The notes under the pieces were generated by a model. The model did no database searches. It was given only the letters and a program-made list of their open reading frames with translations, and was not told the origin of the DNA. 64,000 nt of DNA from Bacteroidota bacterium (GTDB lineage: Bacteria > Bacteroidota > Bacteroidia > Chitinophagales > BACL12), in the NCBI GenBank assembly GCA_016706865.1, contig JADJIS010000003.1:18030-82029 (forward strand), read 5' to 3'. Position numbers and translations under genes: made by a program. Below, piece after piece: positions 18,074 through 27,493 of the stretch; position 1 is the first letter of the stretch, and every line of letters begins with the position of its first letter.

Positions 18074-18946
18074 ATGATCGAACTCTCCGTAGTAGAAAAT
18101 TCTGAACGTATTAGAAAGCCAAAATGGCTTAAAGTAAAACTTCCCACGGGCGAAAATTACCGCAACGTGAGGCAAATTGTTGATGACCACAAGTTACACA
18201 CCATCTGCGAAAGTGGAAATTGCCCTAATATGGGTGAATGTTGGGGGGAAGGAACTGCAACTTTTATGATATTGGGCAATATTTGCACCCGTTCCTGCTC
18301 TTTTTGTGCTGTTGCAACAGGGCGTCCAACAGAATTGGATTTGGATGAACCGGAACGTGTTGCAGACGCAATTCGGCTGATGAAAGTAAAACATGCCGTT
18401 ATTACTTCCGTGAACCGCGATGAGCTGGCCGACAGAGGTGCATTTATATGGAATAAAACAGTTACAGAAATAAAAAAACAATCACCAACCACAACCATTG
18501 AAACACTTATACCAGATGTAAAAGCAAGTTGGGATGCACTTATAACAATGATCTCTCCCGGACAAGAGGTGGTTTCACATAATATGGAAACGGTTCAAAG
18601 GCTTTACAGGCTTGTAAGGCCTCAGGCAAAATATGAACGAAGTCTGGAACAGATCCGCCGGACAAAAGATTTTGGAAAAAGAACAAAATCCGGAGTAATG
18701 TTGGGTTTAGGCGAAACAAAAGAAGAAGTTTACGCAATTATGGATGATCTTGTTGCCAACGGTTGTGATGTGCTTACTTTAGGTCAGTACCTTCAACCCA
18801 CAAGAATGCATCTTGAGGTAAAGGAATTTGTAACACCCGAAATGTTCGAACATTATAAGGAGATAGGTTTACAAAAAGGTTTTAAATATGTGGAAAGCGG
18901 CCCACTTGTTCGTTCGTCGTATCATGCAGAACGACATGTTTTTTAA
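18074..18946 (+). CDS. lipA: lipoyl synthase
   Basis: [12 protein letters not shown] and CTRSCSFC radical-SAM cysteine clusters, with a C-terminal SSYHAE. ATG 18074 is preferred over the ORF-track TTG 18065. Confidence 0.95.
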   Translation: MIELSVVENSERIRKPKWLKVKLPTGENYRNVRQIVDDHKLHTICESGNCPNMGECWGEGTATFMILGNICTRSCSFCAVATGRPTELDLDEPERVADAIRLMKVKHAVITSVNRDELADRGAFIWNKTVTEIKKQSPTTTIETLIPDVKASWDALITMISPGQEVVSHNMETVQRLYRLVRPQAKYERSLEQIRRTKDFGKRTKSGVMLGLGETKEEVYAIMDDLVANGCDVLTLGQYLQPTRMHLEVKEFVTPEMFEHYKEIGLQKGFKYVESGPLVRSSYHAERHVF

Positions 18947-19053
18947 GGTTTTACAGTAGCAAAAAAGAATAAATTTGTAATTAATCCGTCATAAATAATA
19001 AGCGGTTAATTAGTGTTAAATTAATTTCATATTTTTACCAAAAATAGCGATAC

Positions 19054-22044
19054 ATGAAAAGGAATTTTACAATCTTCGGTCTTTCATTACTCAGTTTGGC
19101 CCTTGTTTCATTTTTCCTGGTGAGGGGATACAGAGCTGACGATGTTGCAGGAATGCCTGATGGCACAATTGACAGGTATAATGCCAAAGTGGAATTAAAA
19201 CAGGCGAGAGCGGATGGTTATGCGAAATGGATCAACAGCATGCGTGCGAATCCTTTAACCGGTAAGGTTGAGGAAGCTGATCTTTTTGCTGCCCGTGAAC
19301 AAATGCGGGAATATAGAGCAAAAGTGAATAGTGGTGACCGTGGTGGTTCCCTCTTAAATCTTGCATGGGAAGGATTTGGTCCGAATAACGTAGGTGGAAG
19401 AACACGTGTTATTTTGATCGATAGAACAAATCCTGAAAGGATGTATTGTGGCGGCGCAAGCGGTGGAATTTTTTATACGGATAATGGTGGTCTCGATTGG
19501 TTGCCTCATCCACAAAATGACGAATTCAGTTCTTTATTGGTTTGTGCAATGGCACAGGCTTCCAATGGAGATATATATTTCGGAACAGGTGAATATTGGG
19601 CCGATTATTATGATGGAAGTTTCGGAAGTTATACTCACGGTTTTGCAGGCGACGGAATGTACAAAGCAGCCGCAGTAACCGGAACTGATTTACCTACATT
19701 TACACAACTTACAGCAACAATACCTACTCCTGGTGAAATTGGAAGTTCCTCCGGAGCTATCTGGGCTTATGTAAACAGAGTTGTTTGCAGTCCTTTGGAT
19801 GCTAATACAATTGTTGCTGCTACAAACACAGGTTTAAAAATTTCTACAGATGGTGGTGTGGTTTGGAATAATTGCGAGGGTGGTGGTTCGCCATTATCAG
19901 CAATATCTGACGATGCCGTATTTGATAGCGAAGGATATTTACATGCTATTTCAGGAAGTTTGCGCAAATATTATCGCTCTACTTCTCCAACTGATCCGGG
20001 AACAATGGAAGAACTTGGTGCAGGAATGCCAACCGGCAGCATCAGAAGAGTTTTGGCAGTTGCACCTTCAGATAAAAATTATGTTTATGTATATTCTGCT
20101 AAAACAGGCACTTACGGATTACAAGGAGTTTACCAATCTGTAGATCATGGAGAAAACTTCACTCAAATTACAGAGGAGGCTTCAGAATTCTTTAATCCAA
20201 ATGGTACATTGGCAAATGCTAAATGGAACATGTGTATTGCAGTAAGTCCTGTTGATCCTCAAAGAATATATATCGGTGGTCAAATTCAATCATGGACATG
20301 GGTTGGAATTTCCCAAAGCTGGACACCAATGACCAGTTCAGGATACCCTACCTGGTATGCAAAATATATACATGCCGATCATCACTTCATTGTATTTCAT
20401 CCTGAAAATCCGGAGATCATGTATTTCGGATCTGATGGTGGAGTATCAAGAACTACAAATGCTTCTGCACAGTATCCCGATTATGGAACGCTTAATAAAG
20501 GTCTGAATCTATATCAAAGTCACGGTATTGCTATCGGAATTGAAGGTGAGGCAATGGGTGGATCACAGGATAATGGTACTCAATATGTAAATTTTGATCT
20601 CAACAGTGTTTTGCAATCCGTTGAAGTATTAGGAGGTGATGGTGGAAAAGCAGAAATTTCCAGAATCAGACCTGAATATTTATTCGCTACCTTTTTCTCA
20701 GTAACTGCAAATGGAAATGGAGCTGTATTGCGTCGTTCTGTAAATGAAGGTGCATCCATGAGTTCCATTTACGATTGTAATATTGACGGCGGCGTTGCTT
20801 CCTGTACTCAGGATGGTTTGGCCGATGGAGGCACCGACTTTGTTACTCCTTTCGTTTTATGGGAAAATTATGAATTATACAGCACCTTTGCTCCAATACT
20901 TCTAGGCGAATCTGTAGAATACCCTGCTGGTAGCGGTAGTTTTTATTCTGAAGGCGATGTAGTAAATTATGAAGGACGCGATATTTTATTAAATAAATCC
21001 GGTATTTCTGAATCAAGATTATATCAAAGTGTAAAAAATAATCTTTGGGTTACAAATGGTGCACTTTACAATTCAACGGAAGCACCGGCTTGGTTTAAGA
21101 TTTTACCTGCAACCTCAGGTTCTATCAGTGCAATAGAATATGATAACACCGGAGATATTGCCTATGTTGGAACTGAAAATGGAAGACTTTATAAAGTTAG
21201 CGGGATCTTAACTGCAGCTTTAGAATATGTTGATGCTGATGGAAATCCTGAAACCGCAGAAACATTTAATGCTACAGATGCAGGAATTGTCACTTTTACC
21301 TATGCTAATGTTTTCCCCGGAAAAATAACAGGTATTAGTATTAATCGCGATGATGCAAATGATATTGCAATTTCCATCGGAGGTTACGGTGTTGACCAAA
21401 ATGTTTGGTATAGCGACAATTGTTTAGATGGCGATCTTGCTACTTTTGAATGTATATCAGATGGTGGTTCTTTACCTAATATCCCTGTTTATGATATATT
21501 AATGCATATTTCAGATAATGATAAACTGTTAATTGCAACTGAATTTGGAATTTGGAGTTATTCCCTTACCTCCGGAAGCGATTGGACCCAGGAAACCGGC
21601 GCTGTAGATGGTGAAGTTGGTCCGGGTAATGTTCCTGTATTTGAAATCAGAGAAGATTGGATCCGTGAAATAGAATGTTATGCAATATATATTGGTACTC
21701 ATGGAAATGGATATTATCGTGCAACTAACCTTGCAACAGCCACTTGCGATTTTACAACCGTGAGTTCCGGTCCAATTCAGGAGGAAATAATTGCCGGTAT
21801 AACCTTATCACCAAATCCGGCTGACTCTTATACCAATGCAAATGTTATTGTATCCGAACCAACGATGATGACGATCACCATTGTTAATATGTCGGGAGTA
21901 ACGGTTGCGAACTTTGGCACATCCAATTATACAGAAGGATCACATACTATTTATTTAGATGTAAGAGATCTCAATCCAGGTTCTTATCTGGTGGTGTTCA
22001 ATGCTAACGGACATGTGATTTCACGCAGATTGGCAGTATTTTAA
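19054..22044 (+). CDS. large secreted BNR/Asp-box (sortilin-Vps10-like beta-propeller) protein with T9SS C-terminal sorting domain
   Basis: 996 aa with a signal anchor and repeated S/T-x-D-G-G-x-W type boxes (YTDNGGLDW, ISTDGGVVW, SVDHGENF). The C-terminus ITLSPNPADSY...LNPGSYLVVFNANGHVISRRLAVF is a T9SS CTD. Confidence 0.8.
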   Translation: MKRNFTIFGLSLLSLALVSFFLVRGYRADDVAGMPDGTIDRYNAKVELKQARADGYAKWINSMRANPLTGKVEEADLFAAREQMREYRAKVNSGDRGGSLLNLAWEGFGPNNVGGRTRVILIDRTNPERMYCGGASGGIFYTDNGGLDWLPHPQNDEFSSLLVCAMAQASNGDIYFGTGEYWADYYDGSFGSYTHGFAGDGMYKAAAVTGTDLPTFTQLTATIPTPGEIGSSSGAIWAYVNRVVCSPLDANTIVAATNTGLKISTDGGVVWNNCEGGGSPLSAISDDAVFDSEGYLHAISGSLRKYYRSTSPTDPGTMEELGAGMPTGSIRRVLAVAPSDKNYVYVYSAKTGTYGLQGVYQSVDHGENFTQITEEASEFFNPNGTLANAKWNMCIAVSPVDPQRIYIGGQIQSWTWVGISQSWTPMTSSGYPTWYAKYIHADHHFIVFHPENPEIMYFGSDGGVSRTTNASAQYPDYGTLNKGLNLYQSHGIAIGIEGEAMGGSQDNGTQYVNFDLNSVLQSVEVLGGDGGKAEISRIRPEYLFATFFSVTANGNGAVLRRSVNEGASMSSIYDCNIDGGVASCTQDGLADGGTDFVTPFVLWENYELYSTFAPILLGESVEYPAGSGSFYSEGDVVNYEGRDILLNKSGISESRLYQSVKNNLWVTNGALYNSTEAPAWFKILPATSGSISAIEYDNTGDIAYVGTENGRLYKVSGILTAALEYVDADGNPETAETFNATDAGIVTFTYANVFPGKITGISINRDDANDIAISIGGYGVDQNVWYSDNCLDGDLATFECISDGGSLPNIPVYDILMHISDNDKLLIATEFGIWSYSLTSGSDWTQETGAVDGEVGPGNVPVFEIREDWIREIECYAIYIGTHGNGYYRATNLATATCDFTTVSSGPIQEEIIAGITLSPNPADSYTNANVIVSEPTMMTITIVNMSGVTVANFGTSNYTEGSHTIYLDVRDLNPGSYLVVFNANGHVISRRLAVF

Positions 22045-22067
22045 AGTTTACTAATTAATATATTCAA

Positions 22068-22099
22068 AACCCTTTCAGTTTTTCTGGAAGGGTTTTTTT
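22068..22099 (+). terminator. intrinsic terminator of 19054..22044
   Basis: AACCCTTTCAG-TTTTT-CTGGAAGGGTT stem (one G-U pair) followed by a T7 run, 24 nt after the stop. Confidence 0.8.
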
Positions 22100-22348
22100 A
22101 ATTGTTAAGGGTGATGATCATGTCATGCCTTATCATCGATTTGAAGTAAAATCTTACTTTATTAATTTATATACCTTTCTGGTTTATGATCTTACTGAAG
22201 TGGCAGGAATTTTAGTACCGCAATAGGGTTTAATCCCTATTCAAATTAAGATTACTGAAGCTTACCATTGGAGATCACGGTTAAATATTCTACATCTATA
22301 ATGAGAGTATCAAGTATCAGGAAAACATTAATCTCCAAACCCGGAACC

Positions 22349-22736
22349 AGTGAGGCTCTCGCTCACGTAGCAAGGGTCTCACTAACTAAAGGTCATTGGA
22401 CAAGGACATGGGACACGACTTGACAACAACAACATGGGAGAATGTAAAGGGGAAACAGGAAAACAAACGGTGGGATTTACAACAATTCGGAGCTAGTGAG
22501 GCTCTCGCTCCTAGAGAGGGTCTCACTAATGGCATATGTACAAAAAAACAAAATATGGAATTTGCAAAATCTTCAACCTGGGTCTAGTGAGGCTCATGCT
22601 CTTAACGGGGGTCTCACTAACGGATTAACCCAAAATCTTTGTGCAGCCAACACTTTTTTCGCACTGCAGTGATCAGTGAAAACACCAACCACGGCCACGG
22701 AGAGAGTGAAGATCTCGCTTAGCGATGGTCTCACAA
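22349..22736 (+). repeat. four dispersed copies of a ~35-nt hairpin element AGTGAGGCTC-N13-15-GGGTCTCACTAAY
   Basis: Copies at 22349-22386, 22495-22530 and 22586-22621, plus a degenerate copy at 22705-22736. Spacing is 146, 91 and 119 nt. The arms pair 10/10 only with two G-U pairs on the plus strand. Confidence 0.8.
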
Positions 22737-22796
22737 TTGTTCAATCAACGGGTAATGTCATCTATCCAGCCATGTAACATTACTAATATATAGAGC

Positions 22797-22828
22797 ATAA
22801 AAAAACCTCCCTGAAAAACAGGGAGGTT
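22797..22828 (-). terminator. intrinsic terminator of 22850..24442
   Basis: On the minus strand: AACCTCCCTG-TTTTT-CAGGGAGGTT followed by a T-run. It lies 22 nt after the stop. Confidence 0.85.
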
Positions 22829-22849
22829 TAAAATGACTTAAATTATTTC

Positions 22850-24442
22850 TTATTCTACAACAAAGTTTCTAATGGTTGACTGAGCACCATTTGAAATTTT
22901 AGCCATGTAAACTCCTGCAGGATAAGCACTGATATCAATAGTAGTATTGAAAATAGTACCTATACCTGTATTTTGAGTATATAAAACCTGACCAGCCATA
23001 TTTACAATAGAAATCATTGCATCCTGAGCATCACCAAAGGTTAAACTTAAGTTTAATACATCATCAGCAGGGTTAGGGAAAATGCTGATTGAAGTTAAGT
23101 TGTCAATATCATCAACACCAACACAAATATCTGCTGTTACATTTTTACAATAATCGTAAGCAGATCCACCATAATCTACAGCAAGACAAACCTCATAAGT
23201 ACCTGGTGAACCATAGATATGAGTAGGATTGCGTTCAGTGCTTACAGCACCGTCACCAAATTCCCAGTAATAAGTTGCATCATCAGGAACCGCTGCGAAA
23301 TTGGAAAGATCCGTAAAGTTCTTTTGTAAACTCACGCAGGGAGACGGAGTGGTAGCAAGGAAATTTACTCCTTTTGGTGCTACATACCAGTCAATATATG
23401 CATGTTCCCAGGCAAAAGGATCTGTGTAAGCTAAGGTGCTAACATAAAATCCGTTCCAGCCGGTAGCAGAAATATTATAACGAACATCAGAGCTGGCAAA
23501 ACCATCCTGATTATCAGAATATTCAGACCAAGAAACCGGAGCACTTTCTAAAAGTTCTTCGTTACACAGTAACCAAAAGCGATTCAATGGGTTTTCGATC
23601 AAAAACGGAGGATCAGTGAAATCTAAAAGGGTATCACCTAATTCATACGGTTGACCTGGAATATACTGGAACGCTACTCCTACGAAATGGTCGGGGGAGT
23701 TTTTGTTGATAGTAAGATCCAAAGGAATGGTAACAGAAGCAATGTTGAAACTTGCTGTATCTTCATTATCCATTAGGAAAGTATACTCAGTATATGTTCC
23801 GTTTGGTCTGTTGTATTGATAATTGTATTTTGTTAAGAAAAGACTAATGTCAATTCCTTCATCAAAATCGCCGTTCGCATCATTATCAATGTAGTATCCT
23901 TCCTGATAAACACTGGAATTTGGTGCAAAAACATACACTTTCAAGGTATCAGTATAAGAATCGTTGAACCTGTCATAAAAGTAGTAGAAGCGAACAGAGT
24001 CGACATCAAATGCGTGATCTTCATTAAACCAGTCGTCAGCATCACCAATAACAGTAAAGTTATCATCAACAAAATCAGATACATATTCTGAAATTGGATC
24101 AAAAATATGGGAATATCCATGTCCGTACCAGTAAAAATCTTCCCCGGTTCCAGTTACAACATAAGTTGTAGAATCCGGCCATAGTGGCACTGAAGCCAGA
24201 TTTTCAAGGGTCCATCCGTTTAATGCGTAGTCAACGGCATCGGAGTAATTCACCCAATAATAGTTAAGTGCCCGTTCGCCGGCAGTAGAAACCGGTTTGG
24301 TCACATCAAATTTTGTTGCTGTTTTGGCATTCGAAACCTGCGTATTGCCATATTTAGCATCTGTTTGATAATTTAGAGGAGCTTGTGCGTTAATGGAAGC
24401 TGCAATTATCAAAAATGTAATAAGTAAAAGATTTTTTTTCAT
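22850..24442 (-). CDS. secreted PKD-domain protein with T9SS C-terminal sorting domain
   Basis: 530 aa with a signal peptide. PKD signature YYWEFGDGAVSTERNPTHIYGSPGTYEVCLAV. C-terminal SIFPNPADDVLNL...YPAGVYMAKISNGAQSTIRNFVVE. Confidence 0.8.
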   Translation of the reverse strand: MKKNLLLITFLIIAASINAQAPLNYQTDAKYGNTQVSNAKTATKFDVTKPVSTAGERALNYYWVNYSDAVDYALNGWTLENLASVPLWPDSTTYVVTGTGEDFYWYGHGYSHIFDPISEYVSDFVDDNFTVIGDADDWFNEDHAFDVDSVRFYYFYDRFNDSYTDTLKVYVFAPNSSVYQEGYYIDNDANGDFDEGIDISLFLTKYNYQYNRPNGTYTEYTFLMDNEDTASFNIASVTIPLDLTINKNSPDHFVGVAFQYIPGQPYELGDTLLDFTDPPFLIENPLNRFWLLCNEELLESAPVSWSEYSDNQDGFASSDVRYNISATGWNGFYVSTLAYTDPFAWEHAYIDWYVAPKGVNFLATTPSPCVSLQKNFTDLSNFAAVPDDATYYWEFGDGAVSTERNPTHIYGSPGTYEVCLAVDYGGSAYDYCKNVTADICVGVDDIDNLTSISIFPNPADDVLNLSLTFGDAQDAMISIVNMAGQVLYTQNTGIGTIFNTTIDISAYPAGVYMAKISNGAQSTIRNFVVE

Positions 24443-24538
24443 AACTTTCCTTTTTCAAGATTTATTTTCCATACAAATATACAAATTTCAAATGGAACTC
24501 GGTCATTTGAGTGTCAGTTAACAACACTTTTGATTTGC

Positions 24539-25108
24539 TTAACTATCCTTAAGAAAACACGTTCTGCAGCGGGCTTCATACTCTTCCTTTTCTCCTAACA
24601 GAACCTGTGCATTATTATTTACTTTTCTGTATGAGCGTGATGCAATATTGCCACATTGCATACAGATCGCATGAACTTTGGTGATATAATCAGCTATGGC
24701 CAACAGATCGGGCATGGGACCAAATGGTTTGCCCCGAAAGTCCATATCAAGTCCTGCTACTATAACCCGGGTGCCTCTTACAGCAATTTGTTCACATACT
24801 TCCACAAGTCCGCTGTCAAAAAATTGGGCTTCATCAATACCAACAACATCCACACCCTCACTCAATAAAAGAATATTAAGCGAATTGTTGACCGGAGTGG
24901 AGACAATAAATTTTTCGTCGTGAGAAACAACATTTTGTTCATCATACCTGGTATCAATGGCTGGTTTAAATATTTCAACCTTCAAATTGGCTATGCGGGC
25001 GCGTTTCAGGCGGCGAATCAGCTCTTCAGTCTTGCCGGAAAACATCGATCCGCAAATTACTTCTATCCAACCAAGGCGTTCTCCTTTCAGATGAGGTTCA
25101 ATAAACAT
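24539..25108 (-). CDS. tdk: thymidine kinase
   Basis: 189 aa. The P-loop [14 protein letters not shown], the [10 protein letters not shown] motif, and C-terminal Zn-ribbon cysteines CMQCG...CRTC. Confidence 0.95.
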   Translation of the reverse strand: MFIEPHLKGERLGWIEVICGSMFSGKTEELIRRLKRARIANLKVEIFKPAIDTRYDEQNVVSHDEKFIVSTPVNNSLNILLLSEGVDVVGIDEAQFFDSGLVEVCEQIAVRGTRVIVAGLDMDFRGKPFGPMPDLLAIADYITKVHAICMQCGNIASRSYRKVNNNAQVLLGEKEEYEARCRTCFLKDS

Positions 25109-25175
25109 AATTTTGCAAATATTATTTTTGGTACGAAAATACGTTTACAAGTTGGTTAAAACTACATAATTAAAA

Positions 25176-25931
25176 ATGGATACTAAAATCACGGAAATAG
25201 AAATACTGATCGACAAATTGAACTTGCTTTTTGCTTCAGTTAAAAGTGACGGACAACTGGATAAGTTTGAAGTCGAGTTGTTGAAAAAATATGTTCGTCA
25301 ATTGCAGGATAAACTCGATTCGATAAGTGAAGGAACACAACAGGAAAAAAAGCCGGAAATAAATGTTGTTCCTATAATTCCTATTATTCCTGCAGAAAAG
25401 GTAGTGCCAAAAGTTTTACCTGAGGAGATCGTTCCACCGATAATATTTAAAGAAGAGAAACCGGAAAAGGAAATTGTTGCTCCGGTTGAGAAAATAATAA
25501 CGGCTGAAAAAGAGATTCCAAAGGTTATGGTAAATCCATATGCAGAGAAGATAAAAGAGGAAATTAAACCTGTGGTGGAGGAACAAAAAAAACCAATTCA
25601 TAAATTAAAGGAAAATGCAGAAGAGGAACTGAACAAGGCTCTCAATGTGAAATTGGCAAGTAATAAAAAGACCTTAGCGGAAAGAATTCATTCACACAAG
25701 GCAAAGGAAATTACCAGTGTTATCGACCTGAATGATAAATTATTTTTTATTAAAGAATTATTTAAAGGTGATGTAAACGGATATTCCGCTGTACTTAAAA
25801 CAATAAACAGTATGAATTCGTTTGAAGAAGTGAAAAAATATATTCAAAATGAATTATCCTCCCAATACAATTTTTCAGAAGAAGAATCGGTGGAAAGATT
25901 TTTGGAAGTGGTGAAGTTGAAGTTTGAGTAA
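25176..25931 (+). CDS. hypothetical protein with central Pro/Glu/Lys/Val-rich low-complexity linker
   Basis: 251 aa: a coiled N-terminus, a PEKEIVAPVEKIITAEKEIPKV-type linker and a structured C-terminal ~90 aa. Confidence 0.6.
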   Translation: MDTKITEIEILIDKLNLLFASVKSDGQLDKFEVELLKKYVRQLQDKLDSISEGTQQEKKPEINVVPIIPIIPAEKVVPKVLPEEIVPPIIFKEEKPEKEIVAPVEKIITAEKEIPKVMVNPYAEKIKEEIKPVVEEQKKPIHKLKENAEEELNKALNVKLASNKKTLAERIHSHKAKEITSVIDLNDKLFFIKELFKGDVNGYSAVLKTINSMNSFEEVKKYIQNELSSQYNFSEEESVERFLEVVKLKFE

Positions 25932-25937
25932 TGAATT

Positions 25938-26017
25938 GGGACACGGGACATAGGACACGAGACACAGGACATGGGACATGGGACACGGGACATGGGACAC
26001 GGGACACGAGACACGGG
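25938..26017 (+). repeat. heptamer array (GGGACAY) about 11 units; contains a G3N4 x5 quadruplex-type motif
   Basis: gggacac gggacat aggacac gagacac aggacat gggacat gggacac gggacat gggacac gggacac gagacac ggga. Begins 7 nt after the stop at 25929-25931. Confidence 0.9.
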
Positions 26018-26136
26018 AAAACAAAGGGTGGGATTTAGTTAAATTTTGGAAAAAATTTCGGCTCCTATTTTATTACTTCTTATTTGGCAAGTCAAATTAG
26101 AAATTAAATCCCAAATATTACGTTAACACGGCTGTT

Positions 26137-26186
26137 TAATTATCAATTATCAATTGTCAATTGTCAATTATCAATTGTCAATTGTT
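26137..26186. repeat. heptamer array (TRTCAAT) about 6-7 units spanning the waaA stop codon
   Basis: tatcaat tatcaat tgtcaat tgtcaat tatcaat tgtcaat. The waaA stop (26164-26166, minus strand) and its last ~5 codons (QLTIDN) are encoded by the array. Confidence 0.9.
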
Positions 26187-27492
26187 CCAAAGTTGCTTCA
26201 ACAATTTTACGAGTTCCCCCCAGATGTGATTGAACATAATCTTCTGCATCGCTTGCGGCACCTGTATATATAAATTGAAATTGATTCATCAGGTTTATCC
26301 TGTTCAATAGTTCATTGTAGTCGCGTATATCGAATGCAGCATTTCTTTGAGTTAATTCTACAGCTTCATTAAATTTTTTAAATTTCGGCCCAAAAAGTAT
26401 TGGTTTGCCATATACAGCGGCTTCCAGGCAATTATGTATGCCCTTATTAAACCCTCCACCTATATAATTTATATCTGCATACTGATACAGCGATGAAAGC
26501 ATTCCGATATTATCAATGATCAATACTCTTTTCCCGATAAGATCTGCTTCTGTTGCTTTATGCAATTCAGAATAGATCAGAGAGAATTTTTTGTATAATT
26601 TTTTTGTTTTGCGCATATACTTTTCATCAATATTATGCGGAACAATAATGATCTTAAAATTTACAAATACGAGTGAACGATAAAAGGCTTTGGCAAGTAA
26701 TTTTTCATCCTTCGGCCAGGTACTTCCTGCAATTATTACATTGTGATCTTTCACGAACGTAGCAATTTCGGGAAAATCTTTTCTATTTTCTGAAATTGTT
26801 TTCACTCTGTCGAAACGTGTGTCGAAACAAATTTCTGCCGTTGTTATTTTAATGTGCTGAAGCAGTTTTAAAGAATCTTCATTCTGAACAAATATGCGTG
26901 TGTATTTTTTTAAGGCTGTTCTGAAAATGTGTGCATACCATTTAAAAAACAGTTGTTTTTTCCGGAATATTCCCGAAATTAAAAATAAGGGAATGTTTTT
27001 TTTATGTAACGCATTAATATGATGTATCCAAAATTCATATTTTACAAAAATGGCAATATCCGGTTTAACAATAGATATAAATTTTTCTGCATTTGCAGCG
27101 GTATCTGCGGGGAAATAACATACATGATCAGCATAGGGATAATTTTTTTGATTTTCATATCCGGAGGGTGAATAAAATGTAAGTAATATTTTTATTTCGG
27201 GATGTTTCGACTTTAACGATTCCATTACCGTTCTGCCTTGTTCAAACTCACCAAGGGAAGCGCAATGCATCCAAACGATTTTTTTATTGTTGTCCTGAAA
27301 GAGGGGTTTTAAATTTTCAAATAAATTTTTTCTGCCCTTTACCCATAACGATGCTTTCTTATTAAAAAGAGAAGCAATTCTTATTAAGGTGTGATAACAT
27401 CTAACAAAAATGGAGTAATAAAATTGCTGAAAGAGCAACATAGATGCTCCAAACACTATCCCCAGCACAAAAACAATAGCAACTACTTTCAT
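26164..27492 (-). CDS. waaA: 3-deoxy-D-manno-octulosonic acid (Kdo) transferase
   Basis: WMHCASLGEFEQGRTVMESLK plus the glycosyltransferase N- and C-domains typical of KdtA/WaaA. Start placed at ATG 27492, 1 nt after the upstream stop; the ORF track uses TTG 27528. Confidence 0.9.
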   Translation of the reverse strand: MKVVAIVFVLGIVFGASMLLFQQFYYSIFVRCYHTLIRIASLFNKKASLWVKGRKNLFENLKPLFQDNNKKIVWMHCASLGEFEQGRTVMESLKSKHPEIKILLTFYSPSGYENQKNYPYADHVCYFPADTAANAEKFISIVKPDIAIFVKYEFWIHHINALHKKNIPLFLISGIFRKKQLFFKWYAHIFRTALKKYTRIFVQNEDSLKLLQHIKITTAEICFDTRFDRVKTISENRKDFPEIATFVKDHNVIIAGSTWPKDEKLLAKAFYRSLVFVNFKIIIVPHNIDEKYMRKTKKLYKKFSLIYSELHKATEADLIGKRVLIIDNIGMLSSLYQYADINYIGGGFNKGIHNCLEAAVYGKPILFGPKFKKFNEAVELTQRNAAFDIRDYNELLNRINLMNQFQFIYTGAASDAEDYVQSHLGGTRKIVEATLEQLTIDN

Positions 27493-27493
27493 A

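Noticed and set aside
22396-22587. 63-aa ORF in the convergent spacer
   Set aside because: It reads straight through two hairpin repeats and a GGGACAY-like tract. It has no start context and sits between two terminators pointing inward. Treated as non-coding.
22349-22736. Possible degenerate CRISPR array (four ~36-nt palindromic repeats)
   Set aside because: Spacing is irregular: implied spacers would be about 108, 55 and 83 nt. The repeats differ in their loop sequences, the fourth copy is decayed, and there are no cas genes in 64 kb. Better described as dispersed hairpin elements.
22349-22736. Integron attC-like recombination sites
   Set aside because: No GTTRRRY / RYYYAAC core sites at the hairpin ends, no intI integrase and no cassette ORFs.
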